Source of the DNA: Virgibacillus proomii
GTDB lineage: Bacteria > Bacillota > Bacilli > Bacillales > Amphibacillaceae
Length of the DNA: 24,000 nt
NCBI RefSeq assembly: GCF_900162615.1
Contig: NZ_FUFN01000010.1
Span: 2,007,557 to 2,031,556, forward strand
Direction: 5' to 3'
Shown: one piece after another, positions 1-8,567 of the stretch
Layout of the letters: each line of letters starts with the position of its first letter
How positions within the stretch are numbered: position 1 is the first letter of the stretch
Program-made: the position numbers and the translations under genes
Notes under the pieces: model-generated
Seen by the model: only the letters and a program-made list of their open reading frames with translations
What the model was told of the DNA's origin: nothing
Database searches by the model: none

Positions 1-316
1 AGTTAATGTCGTAAGCGAAACCCTACACCTTTATCTGTTCGAGTATCATTTGAACAGATGAAAGTATCACTTTCTATATCCTTTTCCCATTTCATCATGT
101 AAAAAGGATTTTGCTTATATTTTTTTTTCTTCTCTTTCCGATACATGCTATACGTAGTCAACGGGGTGCGCTTTCGGTTAACCATCACATCTTCGTAATT
201 TTGTTCACTTTCGTAGCCCTTAATAGTTCCAGATGAACAGTAACAGTCAACACTTTATCTCTTGCGCTTGGTTAGCGACGTAAAAAGCGGAGAACTCTGA
301 TAATGACTAGATAAAG

Positions 317-470
317 AAAACATACCCTGCAACAAGGGGATGCCGATGACTGAGGGGCAAGCCGGATTTTAGTCGCCTTCCTTTAGATTCGAGCCGATGT
401 TGACTTATTATAGAAAGGAAATTCGAAGTTTGCTACAGATTGAGCGATCTTATGCTAAACGATGCTACGT
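317..470. repeat. Degenerate interspersed intergenic repeat, family 1, copy A
   Basis: Shares a long approximate match with 14747-14893: GGGCAAGCC..TTTTAGTCG..CTTTAGATTCGAGC.GATGTT.ACTTAT.A, then GAGCG..TTA.G.TAAACGA.GCTAC. Confidence 0.7.
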
Positions 471-542
471 TCACAAACGATGTCCATTATGCAAATGTAT
501 ATCGTTCCCTGGATATTAAATAAACGATAAACCATGCTAACG

Positions 543-1055
543 TCATTTTTTTAATTCCAAAAGTGCTTTTTCTTCGGCGGGGATGCGAATCGTAAGTAAT
601 AGGATATGCAAAATTGGAAAGACAATACCGGTAATATACGCATTAAACAGAAATGGAATGACCATTAATTCAATGCCAACAATAATATAATTAGGGTGTT
701 TCACATATTTATATGGCCCTTCTTTGACTAGTGAAAATTGCGGTGAAATAATAATTTTTGTATTCCAAAACTTTCCTAGACTAGTAATACACCAAATTCG
801 CCCTATTTGTGTCAGCAAAAAAAGAAGAAATAGTAAATAATTGAATTTGAAAGTTTGCTGGTTGTTTAACAATGCTTCTGCAAGTAACGAGACAAAAAAC
901 AGCGTGTGGACGATAATAAACCATTTATAATGATCTTCTCCTTTTTCCACTCCTCCCCGCTGTTTCAACCATGCTTCATTCCTTTTAGCAATTCGAAGTT
1001 CCAGCAACCGTTGTATGATAATTAGCAATAAGATCATCCACATATAAATAGGCAT
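543..1055 (-). CDS. ypbQ: Isoprenylcysteine carboxyl methyltransferase-family membrane protein (YpbQ/BpsB-like, alkylpyrone O-methyltransferase)
   Basis: Multi-TM protein with the ICMT-like motif GPYKYVKHPNYIIVGIE. Its ATG directly abuts the stop codon of the upstream type III PKS, as in the bpsA-bpsB pair. Confidence 0.88.
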   Translation of the reverse strand: MPIYMWMILLLIIIQRLLELRIAKRNEAWLKQRGGVEKGEDHYKWFIIVHTLFFVSLLAEALLNNQQTFKFNYLLFLLFLLTQIGRIWCITSLGKFWNTKIIISPQFSLVKEGPYKYVKHPNYIIVGIELMVIPFLFNAYITGIVFPILHILLLTIRIPAEEKALLELKK

Positions 1056-2144
1056 TTATGATTCCCACTCCAATAAAATCAACTCTGAACTAAAGCCTGG
1101 ACCAAGAGCAGAAATGATACTCTTTTCACCAGTTGGGATTTTTTCATTCATCCATTCTCGTAACACATATAAAACGGTACTGGAAGACATATTGCCATGT
1201 TTCTTTAATATTTCCCTCGAATAACAAAATTTTCTCGGATCGGCATGAAGCACTTTTTGCATCGCTTCAATAACTTTCCTTCCTCCCGGATGAGCAATAT
1301 AAGCAAATATATCGGCTTCTGTTAATTCATGATTAGCTAAAAATAATTGGATATGCTCTTTCCAAAATGACCTTACCAATGCGGGAATGCTTTTCGAAAA
1401 GATAACTTCAAAACCAGCATTTGTTACATTCCATCCCATGACGGAAAGACTATCTTTTTTCGTATACGTATGAGATTGCAATAATTTAGGTGCGCCCCCT
1501 TTTTTCTGTTTCACTAACGGCGACTGTGCTCCAACTGCTAATGCAGCGCTAATGCCATCCCCAAATAAAGCAGTACCAACTATATTGCTTTTGGTTACAT
1601 CCCCTTTTTGAAATGTTAAGCTGCATAATTCACAGCAAACAATTAATGCTGTTTTATCAGGATTAGCAGTTAACCAATCACGAGCTCTTGCCAATCCCCC
1701 AGCTCCTCCTGCACACCCTAACCCCCAAAGTGGCATTCGTTGTACGTCTTGTCTAAAGGGACGCTCATTCATAAAATGAGTATCTAAAGTAGGTGCAGCA
1801 ATACCTGTACTGGATACAAAAATAATCATATCAATATCTTGATAAGCAACCGTTTCTAATAAAAAATCAGGATTTGTCAAACAGTCATCCATTGCTTTTA
1901 AAGCATAATGTTTAGCTAACTTCATAAATAAATCATTACGCTCTTTAAATGAATGGTCTTCCAAGAACCAGGTCGATGGGACAACGAATTGCCGGTTATC
2001 AATTTGAGCATTTTCAAAAACAGGAAGTAATCGATTAATCTGTCGTTCCGAATTAATAAAAAGATGCTGTACCAGTTGCTTTACTTCATTTTGATTTAGT
2101 TGATATTTCGGGATTCCAAGCCCTACGGAACAAATATACGTCAT
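1056..2144 (-). CDS. bcsA: Type III polyketide synthase (chalcone/stilbene synthase family, alkylpyrone synthase)
   Basis: Catalytic Cys context WGLGCAGGAGGLARA, GTALFGDGISA and AYIAHPGGRKVIEAM. Start moved from 2177 to ATG 2144 (MTYICSVGLGIP) behind AAAGGAG. Confidence 0.93.
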   Translation of the reverse strand: MTYICSVGLGIPKYQLNQNEVKQLVQHLFINSERQINRLLPVFENAQIDNRQFVVPSTWFLEDHSFKERNDLFMKLAKHYALKAMDDCLTNPDFLLETVAYQDIDMIIFVSSTGIAAPTLDTHFMNERPFRQDVQRMPLWGLGCAGGAGGLARARDWLTANPDKTALIVCCELCSLTFQKGDVTKSNIVGTALFGDGISAALAVGAQSPLVKQKKGGAPKLLQSHTYTKKDSLSVMGWNVTNAGFEVIFSKSIPALVRSFWKEHIQLFLANHELTEADIFAYIAHPGGRKVIEAMQKVLHADPRKFCYSREILKKHGNMSSSTVLYVLREWMNEKIPTGEKSIISALGPGFSSELILLEWES

Positions 2145-2216
2145 TGTCAAATCTCCTTTAGTATTAGGCAATAGCATAAAATGACAAGATATTCTTTCCT
2201 TCCTGGTTATGTCGAC

Positions 2217-3716
2217 TTAAAATTGATACATAGCTGCATATTTTTGCTCTAAGTAATGAACGAGGTAATTAGGATTTAATGTTTCATTCGTTACGTCCTT
2301 TAAGATTTCTAATGGTTTTTTCATTTTTCCATATTGATGAATAGATGTGGCTAACCATTGGTTTATCTTCATAAGCTCACCAGATTGAATAATATCTTGA
2401 AGATTCAATTTTTCTGTTAATGTATGATAAATTTGAGCTGCGTACATATAGCCTAGTGCATAAGACGGAAAATATCCAAAATCTCCACCCGCCCAATGAA
2501 TATCCTGCAACACACCTTCTCGATCTGTAGGTGGAGTAACACCAAGATATTCTTTCATTTTTTTATTCCATAAGTAAGGTAAATCACTTACAGCTATTTC
2601 TTCGTTCATCAACGCTTTTTCCAGTTCATATCGAATAATAATGTGTAAAGGATAAGTTAACTCATCTGCTTCAATTCGAATGAACGACGGTTTTACTTCA
2701 TTAATTGACAAATAGAAATCATTTAGTGCCACTTGCTTAAAATGGTCTGGTGCATAGTTTAGGAATAAGTCGTAGTTTTTATTCCAAAATAGATCGCTTC
2801 TTGCTATTAAGTTTTCCCAAAATAAGGATTGTGATTCATGAATTCCCATAGAAGTTCCTGTCGCAAGTGGAGTCTTTGCTAAACGTTTATCAATGTTTTG
2901 TTCATATAAAGCATGCCCACCCTCGTGAATGGTTCCAAATACGGCAACACGAAAATCCGTTTCATCGTAGTTTGTAGTTATTCGTACGTCATTTTGATTA
3001 ATCGTTATTTCAAATGGATGAATGGTTTCATCTAAGCGACCTGCGTCAAAGTCATAACCCATTTGGTGTAATACTTCTTTTGTAAAGGCTTCTTGAGCTT
3101 CTTTTGGAAAATGACATGTTACTAGCTGTGGATTTGGCTTAACATTGCTAGCTTCTACTTTTTCCAAAAGTGAATGAAGTGATTTTTGTAATGTTGGAAA
3201 TACTTTATCAAGCGTCTTTGTTGTTATTCCTGGCTCAAAATGATGTAGTAACGCATCATAAATATTATCTTCATAACCCCAATATGATGCAAACTTACGG
3301 TTATAATCAACGAGCTTTTCTAAATAAGGCTGGAATAAGTTAAAATCCGCTTTTTCTCTTGCTGTTTGCCATACTGCTTCAGATTTAGACTGGGTAATCA
3401 TAAACTCTTTATACATTTCATGTGGAATTCTACGGTTTCTTTCATAATCTTCCTCACATACTTCAAGTGTTTTTTGCATGATGCTATCAGATGAATAAAT
3501 TTTCAGTTCGTCGATATAATATTTCATTTTATTTGAGGTTTTTAGCTTGTGAATTTTTCCACCTAGAAAACCAGCAACTTCTGCCCGTTGCTCAACCCCT
3601 TTTTTAGGTATTTTCGTACGCATGTCCCAATAAATAAGCATCAAAGCTTCTTGATAAGCGTTTATTTCCTCCAAGTATTGCTTAAACTGTTTTTCCTTTT
3701 CCCGTTTAGATTCCAT
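2217..3716 (-). CDS. ypwA: M32-family carboxypeptidase (YpwA)
   Basis: HEGGHALYEQN zinc motif, GTSMGIHESQSLFWEN and HIIIRYELEK motifs, 499 aa. Overlaps the rlmL stop by one nucleotide (TAATG). Confidence 0.95.
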   Translation of the reverse strand: MESKREKEKQFKQYLEEINAYQEALMLIYWDMRTKIPKKGVEQRAEVAGFLGGKIHKLKTSNKMKYYIDELKIYSSDSIMQKTLEVCEEDYERNRRIPHEMYKEFMITQSKSEAVWQTAREKADFNLFQPYLEKLVDYNRKFASYWGYEDNIYDALLHHFEPGITTKTLDKVFPTLQKSLHSLLEKVEASNVKPNPQLVTCHFPKEAQEAFTKEVLHQMGYDFDAGRLDETIHPFEITINQNDVRITTNYDETDFRVAVFGTIHEGGHALYEQNIDKRLAKTPLATGTSMGIHESQSLFWENLIARSDLFWNKNYDLFLNYAPDHFKQVALNDFYLSINEVKPSFIRIEADELTYPLHIIIRYELEKALMNEEIAVSDLPYLWNKKMKEYLGVTPPTDREGVLQDIHWAGGDFGYFPSYALGYMYAAQIYHTLTEKLNLQDIIQSGELMKINQWLATSIHQYGKMKKPLEILKDVTNETLNPNYLVHYLEQKYAAMYQF

Positions 3717-4858
3717 TATGAACTCTCCCCTTTTATTTTTTGTCCGAAGTATTGATAATAATCGGTACGAATATAGCCATTAAATAGTTTTCTTTTTTTG
3801 GTAGCCTTAACGCCAAAGCCTTGTTCGAATTTTTCAAATGCGGTTAAAATATATATGCTCCAGCTTGGGTTTTCTTGCCATATAGAGCTGAGTTCTTCTG
3901 CTAATAGCTTAGCATTTTCCTGATCTCCAATCCTTAGTCCGTATGGTGGATTGCCAATCAGGTAGCCATTTGGTTCTTTGATGGTTAGATCCTTTAGCTG
4001 CATTTGTTTCCAAGTGATCAGATCGCCAAGACCTGCCTCCATTGCATTTTGGTTTGCGATTTCTACCATTTTATGGTCGATATCGGAACCAACAATATTT
4101 AATGGTTGATCATATTTAGCAAGATCTTCTGCTTCTTCAAAAGCTTTTTCCCAATGCTTTTGTTTCACCAATGTCCATTCTTCTGAGGCAAATTCTCGGT
4201 TAAATCCTGGAGCAATATTTTGCCCAATCAGCGCAGCTTCAATGGGAATAGTTCCTGATCCGCAAAATGGATCGATAAATGGTTCGTCAGCATGCCAATT
4301 CGTGAGTAAAACTAATGAAGCTGCAAGCGTTTCTTTCAATGGAGCTTCACCCTGACCGATTCGATATCCCCGTTTATGCAAGCCAGCTCCGGATGTATCA
4401 ATAGTCAGCGTGACTTCGTCTTTTAGCAAAGCGACTTCCACCCGATAAAGCGCTCCAGTTTCTGGCAACTTGGAGATCATACCATATTTTAATTTTAATC
4501 TTTCAACGATTGCTTTTTTGGTGATTTTTTGACAATCTGGTACACTATAAAGTTTGGAATGGACGGATTTTCCAATTATGGGAATTTGCCCATCTTCGGC
4601 AATATAATATTCCCAAGGCAGTGCTTTTGTTGCTTCAAATAGCTCATCAAATGTAGTTGCTTTAAATTTTCCGACAACCAATTTCACGCGATCGGCAGAC
4701 CGTAACCACAAATTGCAACGAGCAATTGCTGAAATTGGTGCATCAAATTGTACTTTCCCATTATCTACTTGAACTTCATATCCTAAATCTCTTACTTCAT
4801 TAGCAACTACGGATTCTAAGCCCATGGCTGCTGTGGCGATTAACGTCACTGTTTGCAT
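3716..4858 (-). CDS. rlmL: THUMP-domain 23S rRNA (guanine-N2) methyltransferase, RlmL/YpsC family
   Basis: N-terminal THUMP-like region, FIDPFCGSGTIPIEAA and GNPPYGLR SAM-MTase motifs. Confidence 0.93.
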   Translation of the reverse strand: MQTVTLIATAAMGLESVVANEVRDLGYEVQVDNGKVQFDAPISAIARCNLWLRSADRVKLVVGKFKATTFDELFEATKALPWEYYIAEDGQIPIIGKSVHSKLYSVPDCQKITKKAIVERLKLKYGMISKLPETGALYRVEVALLKDEVTLTIDTSGAGLHKRGYRIGQGEAPLKETLAASLVLLTNWHADEPFIDPFCGSGTIPIEAALIGQNIAPGFNREFASEEWTLVKQKHWEKAFEEAEDLAKYDQPLNIVGSDIDHKMVEIANQNAMEAGLGDLITWKQMQLKDLTIKEPNGYLIGNPPYGLRIGDQENAKLLAEELSSIWQENPSWSIYILTAFEKFEQGFGVKATKKRKLFNGYIRTDYYQYFGQKIKGESS

Positions 4859-4932
4859 AAAGAGCTGTCCTTTCTGTTATGTATTTGTTTTTTTAGTTTA
4901 TCACATCTTCAAGCATTTAATAAAAGGAAACA

Positions 4933-5131
4933 GTGAAACTTTATTCAAGGAGTGCTCTTCTTCTTGAAACAGTTGGTGTAGGCTAAGTTCCCAAACGTCC
5001 TTGAAAAACCACGGTGTATTGCTGCCGAAACATACTCTGTTTTTGAAAAAGAAAAACGCTTTTTCAGCGTGCGAAGTATTAACTATGTCCGGTTGTCCCA
5101 AACGAATTGGACATTTAGAGCTGTTTCTCTC
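4933..5131 (-). repeat. Degenerate interspersed intergenic repeat, family 2, copy E
   Basis: On the minus strand it matches + strand 7605-7782: CTAAAT.TCCAATT.GTT..., CGGCAGCAATACA, GGTTTTTCAAGGACG...GAACTTAGCC, CTCCTTGAATA.AGTTTCA. Confidence 0.75.
5041..5070 (-). terminator. Terminator-like hairpin within repeat copy E
   Basis: Minus strand ACGCT-GAAAA-AGCGT followed by TTTTCTTTTTC. The stem is short. Confidence 0.35.
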
Positions 5132-5212
5132 ATAAAGTCCGTATAATAATCAGATTTCTAAAATGAGAGAAATACGGCTTCTTATAAAGATATTCACCAT
5201 GAAGAAATGGAT

Positions 5213-5266
5213 CACAAAAATAAAACAGTCTCATTAACTTCTATGATGTAGAAATTAACGAGACTG
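5213..5266 (-). terminator. Rho-independent terminator of rnpB
   Basis: Near-perfect 17-bp inverted repeat CAGTCTC.TTAA.TTCT/AGAA.TTAA.GAGACTG (5226-5266), followed on the minus strand by TTTTATTTTTG. Confidence 0.85.
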
Positions 5267-5289
5267 TAAATTATTTATTGTATATAAGA

Positions 5290-5703
5290 ATTAGACCTGT
5301 TAAATACTCTATAAGCCATGTTCTGTACCATTGTACTACAAACGGTGGTCAGCCTCGTACTCCGGTTGCGATCATCTATCTACAAGCTTCTTAACTTGTC
5401 CCTCTTTCGGTTCCTATTCCCTACTAAAGGATGCCCCTACCATTATTTGGGTTGCTCACTCGTGGGGTTTACCTCGTTCCACCTGACTGGTTTCCCAATC
5501 AGCTTCGTCACTGTGGCACTTTAAAGGCAACTTCCATATTCAATTATGAACGTAGGTAGTTGTCCTGCCGTTAACCAATAAGTTTGATTACCTTGACTTA
5601 TGATTTCGTCAAGCACGAACACTACAAACATCGCAGTTTGTGTGAGCATGGACTTTCCTCTGTATTTGCATACAGCGATCACACGAGTATTTAACCATTA
5701 ACC
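5290..5703 (-). ncRNA. rnpB: RNase P RNA, bacterial class B; ends approximate
   Basis: Minus strand contains GAGGAAAGTCCATGCTC, GTTCGTGCTTGACGAAATCATAAG, AACGGCAGG, AAAGTGCCACAGTGACGAAG, GTGGAACGAGGTAAACCCCACGAGTGAG, AACCCAAAT..TGGTAGGGGCA and GTAGATAGATGATCG. Lies between gpsB and rlmL as in B. subtilis. Confidence 0.96.
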
Positions 5704-5709
5704 TTATTA

Positions 5710-5738
5710 ATTATACCATAGATATTTTTCAGATTCAA
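5710..5738 (-). promoter_or_regulatory. Sigma-A-type promoter of rnpB
   Basis: Minus strand TTGAAT (5733-5738), a 17-nt spacer, TATAAT (5710-5715), placed just upstream of the RNase P RNA. Confidence 0.75.
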
Positions 5739-5750
5739 CAATACGTTTTA

Positions 5751-6065
5751 TTAGCTATCCGATTCTGCAAATTTTTTACCAAATACCGCTTTTTCCAAAT
5801 TGGAAAGTCGTTTTAACACATCATAATTAACCTGATGATTTGGAACAGCTTGTACGGACCTTGTTTTCGGTTGTTCTGCTGGAGTCTTTTTCAAACGATC
5901 AATTTCTTGTTGCAATCGTTCAATTTCCACTTTAAATGCATCATAATCCTGGATAATTATGTCTAAAAACTCATCAACCTCTTCCTGGTTGTATCCACGC
6001 ATTGCAGTTTTAAAATCTTTTTCCAGTATATCTTTACTAGTTAATTTCACTTGTTTCGAGCTCAT
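5751..6065 (-). CDS. gpsB: Cell-cycle protein GpsB (DivIVA-like)
   Basis: [35 protein letters not shown]...DYD motif, coiled coil, and position next to rnpB. Confidence 0.96.
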   Translation of the reverse strand: MSSKQVKLTSKDILEKDFKTAMRGYNQEEVDEFLDIIIQDYDAFKVEIERLQQEIDRLKKTPAEQPKTRSVQAVPNHQVNYDVLKRLSNLEKAVFGKKFAESDS

Positions 6066-6273
6066 CTACGATCACCTCATGATATTCCATAATAAATTGG
6101 CTTTTTCGATTCTTTTTCCATTGTATGATACGTAATTTATTTTATGTTTACATTATTCTATTTTATTATAGCATTAAAAGAAGAACGTGAAAAATGAATC
6201 TGTAGATCTAATATACATATGAAACAAGTATAGATAAATTTTTTAAAAAAGCAATACCTACTATATTACTATT

Positions 6274-6305
6274 TAAAAAAGAGAAAAACACACTTTGTTA
6301 AGTGT
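6274..6305 (-). terminator. Rho-independent terminator, minus strand
   Basis: Minus strand CACACTT-AACA-AAGTGTG followed by TTTTTCTCTTTTTT. Confidence 0.75.
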
Positions 6306-6552
6306 GCCTCCTATTACCATTATAAATCATGTCGTTATATGAAACAAGCTTTGAGAAATAGATGTTAATACCGATCGAATTAAAATCTTGTGTAAATGAT
6401 GCAAATCCGTAAAAATAGCCACTCGAAAACTTTATGCTGACACGTTTTTTCCTACATCAGATGCCGTAAGATTCGCATTTTAAGAGTTATACTGAAAATA
6501 TGAAGACGTCTAAGTGATGATTCAGGTCGAAGCGATACATCATAGAGAAAAA

Positions 6553-6573
6553 CGCTCCTTGAATGACGTTTCT
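6553..6573 (+). repeat. Short fragment resembling the end of repeat family 2
   Basis: CGCTCCTTGAATGACGTTTC compared with CGCTCCTTGAATATAGTTTC at 7761-7780. Confidence 0.35.
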
Positions 6574-6601
6574 GCTTTTATCCCCTATTTAAAACATGCA
6601 C

Positions 6602-7012
6602 TTATGCTTTAGGTTCTGTTAAATCAGATGGCTGGAATGAAAAAGGTAATAATTCCTCCATCGTCACTGTTTTAATATCATCTTTTAGATTAGATAAATG
6701 AATAATCATATCCGTTTTAAAAAATTCGCTCATTACTTGTCGACACGAACCGCATGGAGGTACGGGGCGATCCGTATCAGCTACTACAGCCATTTCAGCA
6801 AAGTCCCTTTCACCGTTAGCGATTGCTTGAAAAATAGCAACCCGTTCAGCACAACAAGATACAGGATAGGCAGCATTTTCTATATTACAACCTGTGTACG
6901 TGTTTCCCGATTTTGTTCGTAAAGCTGCCCCGACCGGAAATGCTGAATAAGGTACATAAGCACGATTTCGTATCAATTTAGCTGCTTCTAACAAGTCATC
7001 TTTTGTTGTCAT
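6602..7012 (-). CDS. cdd: Cytidine deaminase
   Basis: CNIENAAYPVSCCAERVAIFQA and PVPPCGSCRQVMSEF zinc-deaminase motifs. Start taken as ATG 7012 behind AAAGGTG rather than the track's GTG at 7021. Confidence 0.95.
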   Translation of the reverse strand: MTTKDDLLEAAKLIRNRAYVPYSAFPVGAALRTKSGNTYTGCNIENAAYPVSCCAERVAIFQAIANGERDFAEMAVVADTDRPVPPCGSCRQVMSEFFKTDMIIHLSNLKDDIKTVTMEELLPFSFQPSDLTEPKA

Positions 7013-7044
7013 GATTATCACCTTTCATTAGTGTATGGAAGCAT

Positions 7045-7073
7045 ATTATAAGCAATAAAACAAAAAATGTAAA
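7045..7073 (-). promoter_or_regulatory. Sigma-A-type promoter of cdd
   Basis: Minus strand TTTACA (7068-7073), a 17-nt spacer, TATAAT (7045-7050), about 33 nt upstream of the cdd start. Confidence 0.7.
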
Positions 7074-7082
7074 GAGTTTACA
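7068..7082. promoter_or_regulatory. Perfect 15-bp palindrome overlapping the cdd -35 box (candidate operator)
   Basis: TGTAAA-GAG-TTTACA. Confidence 0.45.
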
Positions 7083-7086
7083 GATG

Positions 7087-7437
7087 CTAGTCTAATTCAG
7101 CCAACAATTGATCAAGAATATATAAGACAGAATGATTTAATTCCATATACCGTTTTCTTCGCACATCAAGGTAATAACTATGCATCAATAATAACTCCAT
7201 ATTCTCCCTAGTAGAAATAATCTGTTGTGGATGAATATTCACTTTTCTCGTTTTAATTAATTGGAGTACGTCTCTTTCCCACTGTTCAAGCAATTGAAAG
7301 ACTGGAGCGGTTTCATTCTTCACCTGGGAAAACAATGCTTTATCTTTTGGATTCTCCGGTTTTTCGCCTTTTTCAAATTTTTGCTTCAAGCTGTGAAAAT
7401 GTACTTTAAGTACTTTGGTTTGTTCGTTTACGTTCAT
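7087..7437 (-). CDS. yppE: YppE-family protein (DUF1798)
   Basis: 116-aa helical protein with ENMELLLMHSYYLDVRRKRYMELN. Syntenic with B. subtilis yppE. Confidence 0.75.
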   Translation of the reverse strand: MNVNEQTKVLKVHFHSLKQKFEKGEKPENPKDKALFSQVKNETAPVFQLLEQWERDVLQLIKTRKVNIHPQQIISTRENMELLLMHSYYLDVRRKRYMELNHSVLYILDQLLAELD

Positions 7438-7604
7438 AACTCATTCCGCCTTTTGCTAAAATATACATATCTATTTTAACATAAGACATATTTTCTCGAG
7501 TATATGAATATCATCCAGAAACTTTTTTAAACGAACAGCCAAAGGATTAAACATATTCGTTTATTTATCCTGTATCTATAATGATATAAGAATTTCAAAA
7601 ATTA

Positions 7605-7782
7605 GTGGAAGATAACGGAACCTAAATATCCAATTTGTTCAAGTCGACAGGATAGAGAAGCTACGGCAGCAATACATCACGATTTTCAAGAGAGAGAGAT
7701 TTCACGGTTTTTCAAGGACGCCTGCGAACTTAGCCTTTAATCCAATGGTTCAGAAAAAATCGCTCCTTGAATATAGTTTCAT
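7605..7782 (+). repeat. Degenerate interspersed intergenic repeat, family 2, copy F
   Basis: Matches minus strand 5131-4933, with about 55 nt absent from this copy between the CCAATT.GTT block and CGGCAGCAATACA. Confidence 0.75.
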
Positions 7783-7813
7783 TTTAATACATTTAGGTTT
7801 AACACACAGTATT

Positions 7814-8038
7814 TCACCCATCATTTGACCATTCCTCATGCTGATTTACCAAACGTTTTTTCAATAAACTTAATTCATTTAAACGGTCATAATATTGATA
7901 AGTAATCGTATTTTCCACTTTCATGATGAGCTTTTGATCCATCCATCGCAGCTGATTTGAAAGTTGATATAAAGCAATTTCTAAGGTTTTTCTGTCCACC
8001 CCTTGCTTTTGATCCATTGGTAAATGACGTATAAGCAT
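7814..8038 (-). CDS. Conserved-looking small hypothetical protein (74 aa)
   Basis: Strong ribosome-binding site GTAAGGAGGAAATAATAAC before ATG 8038. Hydrophilic helical protein in the yppD/yppF region. Confidence 0.6.
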   Translation of the reverse strand: MLIRHLPMDQKQGVDRKTLEIALYQLSNQLRWMDQKLIMKVENTITYQYYDRLNELSLLKKRLVNQHEEWSNDG

Positions 8039-8205
8039 GTTATTATTTCCTCCTTACGTTCAAAAGACTTTACTAATAACTACTTCTTGTTATGATAAAC
8101 TCTTCCTGCACGTTCGACAAAACTAGAATAAAGCTTACAAAACAAGTGAATTTGCTCATTTTTTTCGTGGATTTTGACAAACTAATAATGAAAGGAGGAA
8201 TAACA

Positions 8206-8325
8206 ATGAAAGATGTAAAGCATAAACAGGTTAAACAACCTAAAACAAAAACGGAAAGCATTATTTCAAAGTCATTAAAAGAGGGAGATAAAAAATTGAA
8301 CGGTCCGAATATCCCATCGACCTAA
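8206..8325 (+). CDS. sspM: Small acid-soluble spore protein M (39 aa)
   Basis: MKDVKHKQVKQPKTKTESIISKSLKEGDKKLNGPNIPST matches the SspM pattern (…KKTES…LDKKLGGPNRPST). Start moved to 8206 behind AAAGGAGGAA. Confidence 0.88.
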   Translation: MKDVKHKQVKQPKTKTESIISKSLKEGDKKLNGPNIPST

Positions 8326-8336
8326 TGATTCATTTA

Positions 8337-8363
8337 GCGCAGGGTTCATTTGAAGCCCTGCGC
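8337..8363 (+). terminator. Stem-loop downstream of sspM, probable terminator
   Basis: GCGCAGGGTTC-ATTT-GAAGCCCTGCGC, one bulge, weak T-run. Confidence 0.5.
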
Positions 8364-8420
8364 CTTCTGATGTTCTAGGTTTAAAAATTTGTATTTAGGT
8401 AATAATTCGTAATTATCCTC

Positions 8421-8459
8421 GCTAGAGTTTCAGTAGCTTGTCGGTCTCTAGCTTTTATT
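8421..8459 (+). terminator. Second + strand terminator-like hairpin after sspM
   Basis: GCTAGAG (8421-8427) and CTCTAGC (8446-8452) followed by TTTTATT. Confidence 0.4.
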
Positions 8460-8567
8460 CTTCCGGATATTCTTTTTACTTTACCTCCTCTCCGATAGCT
8501 GTTTAAAACAGAAAATATCTTCTCATTCGAATTTAACTGTTAGGCTTTATAGGATAAGAAAAACGAG

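Noticed and set aside
3-188. 61-aa minus strand ORF at the left edge, with ATCTGTTC/GAACAGAT inverted repeat nearby
   Set aside because: Lys-rich low-complexity frame, no recognised family, and the hairpin lacks a T-run on either strand. Not enough evidence.
4901-5101. 66-aa minus strand ORF
   Set aside because: TTG start without a good ribosome-binding site, and it reads through an interspersed repeat copy. Better explained as repeat DNA.
5318-5524. 68-aa + strand ORF
   Set aside because: Lies antisense within the RNase P RNA gene; no credible protein signal.
8073-8261. 62-aa minus strand ORF
   Set aside because: Antisense to sspM and its leader; overlaps the divergent promoter region.
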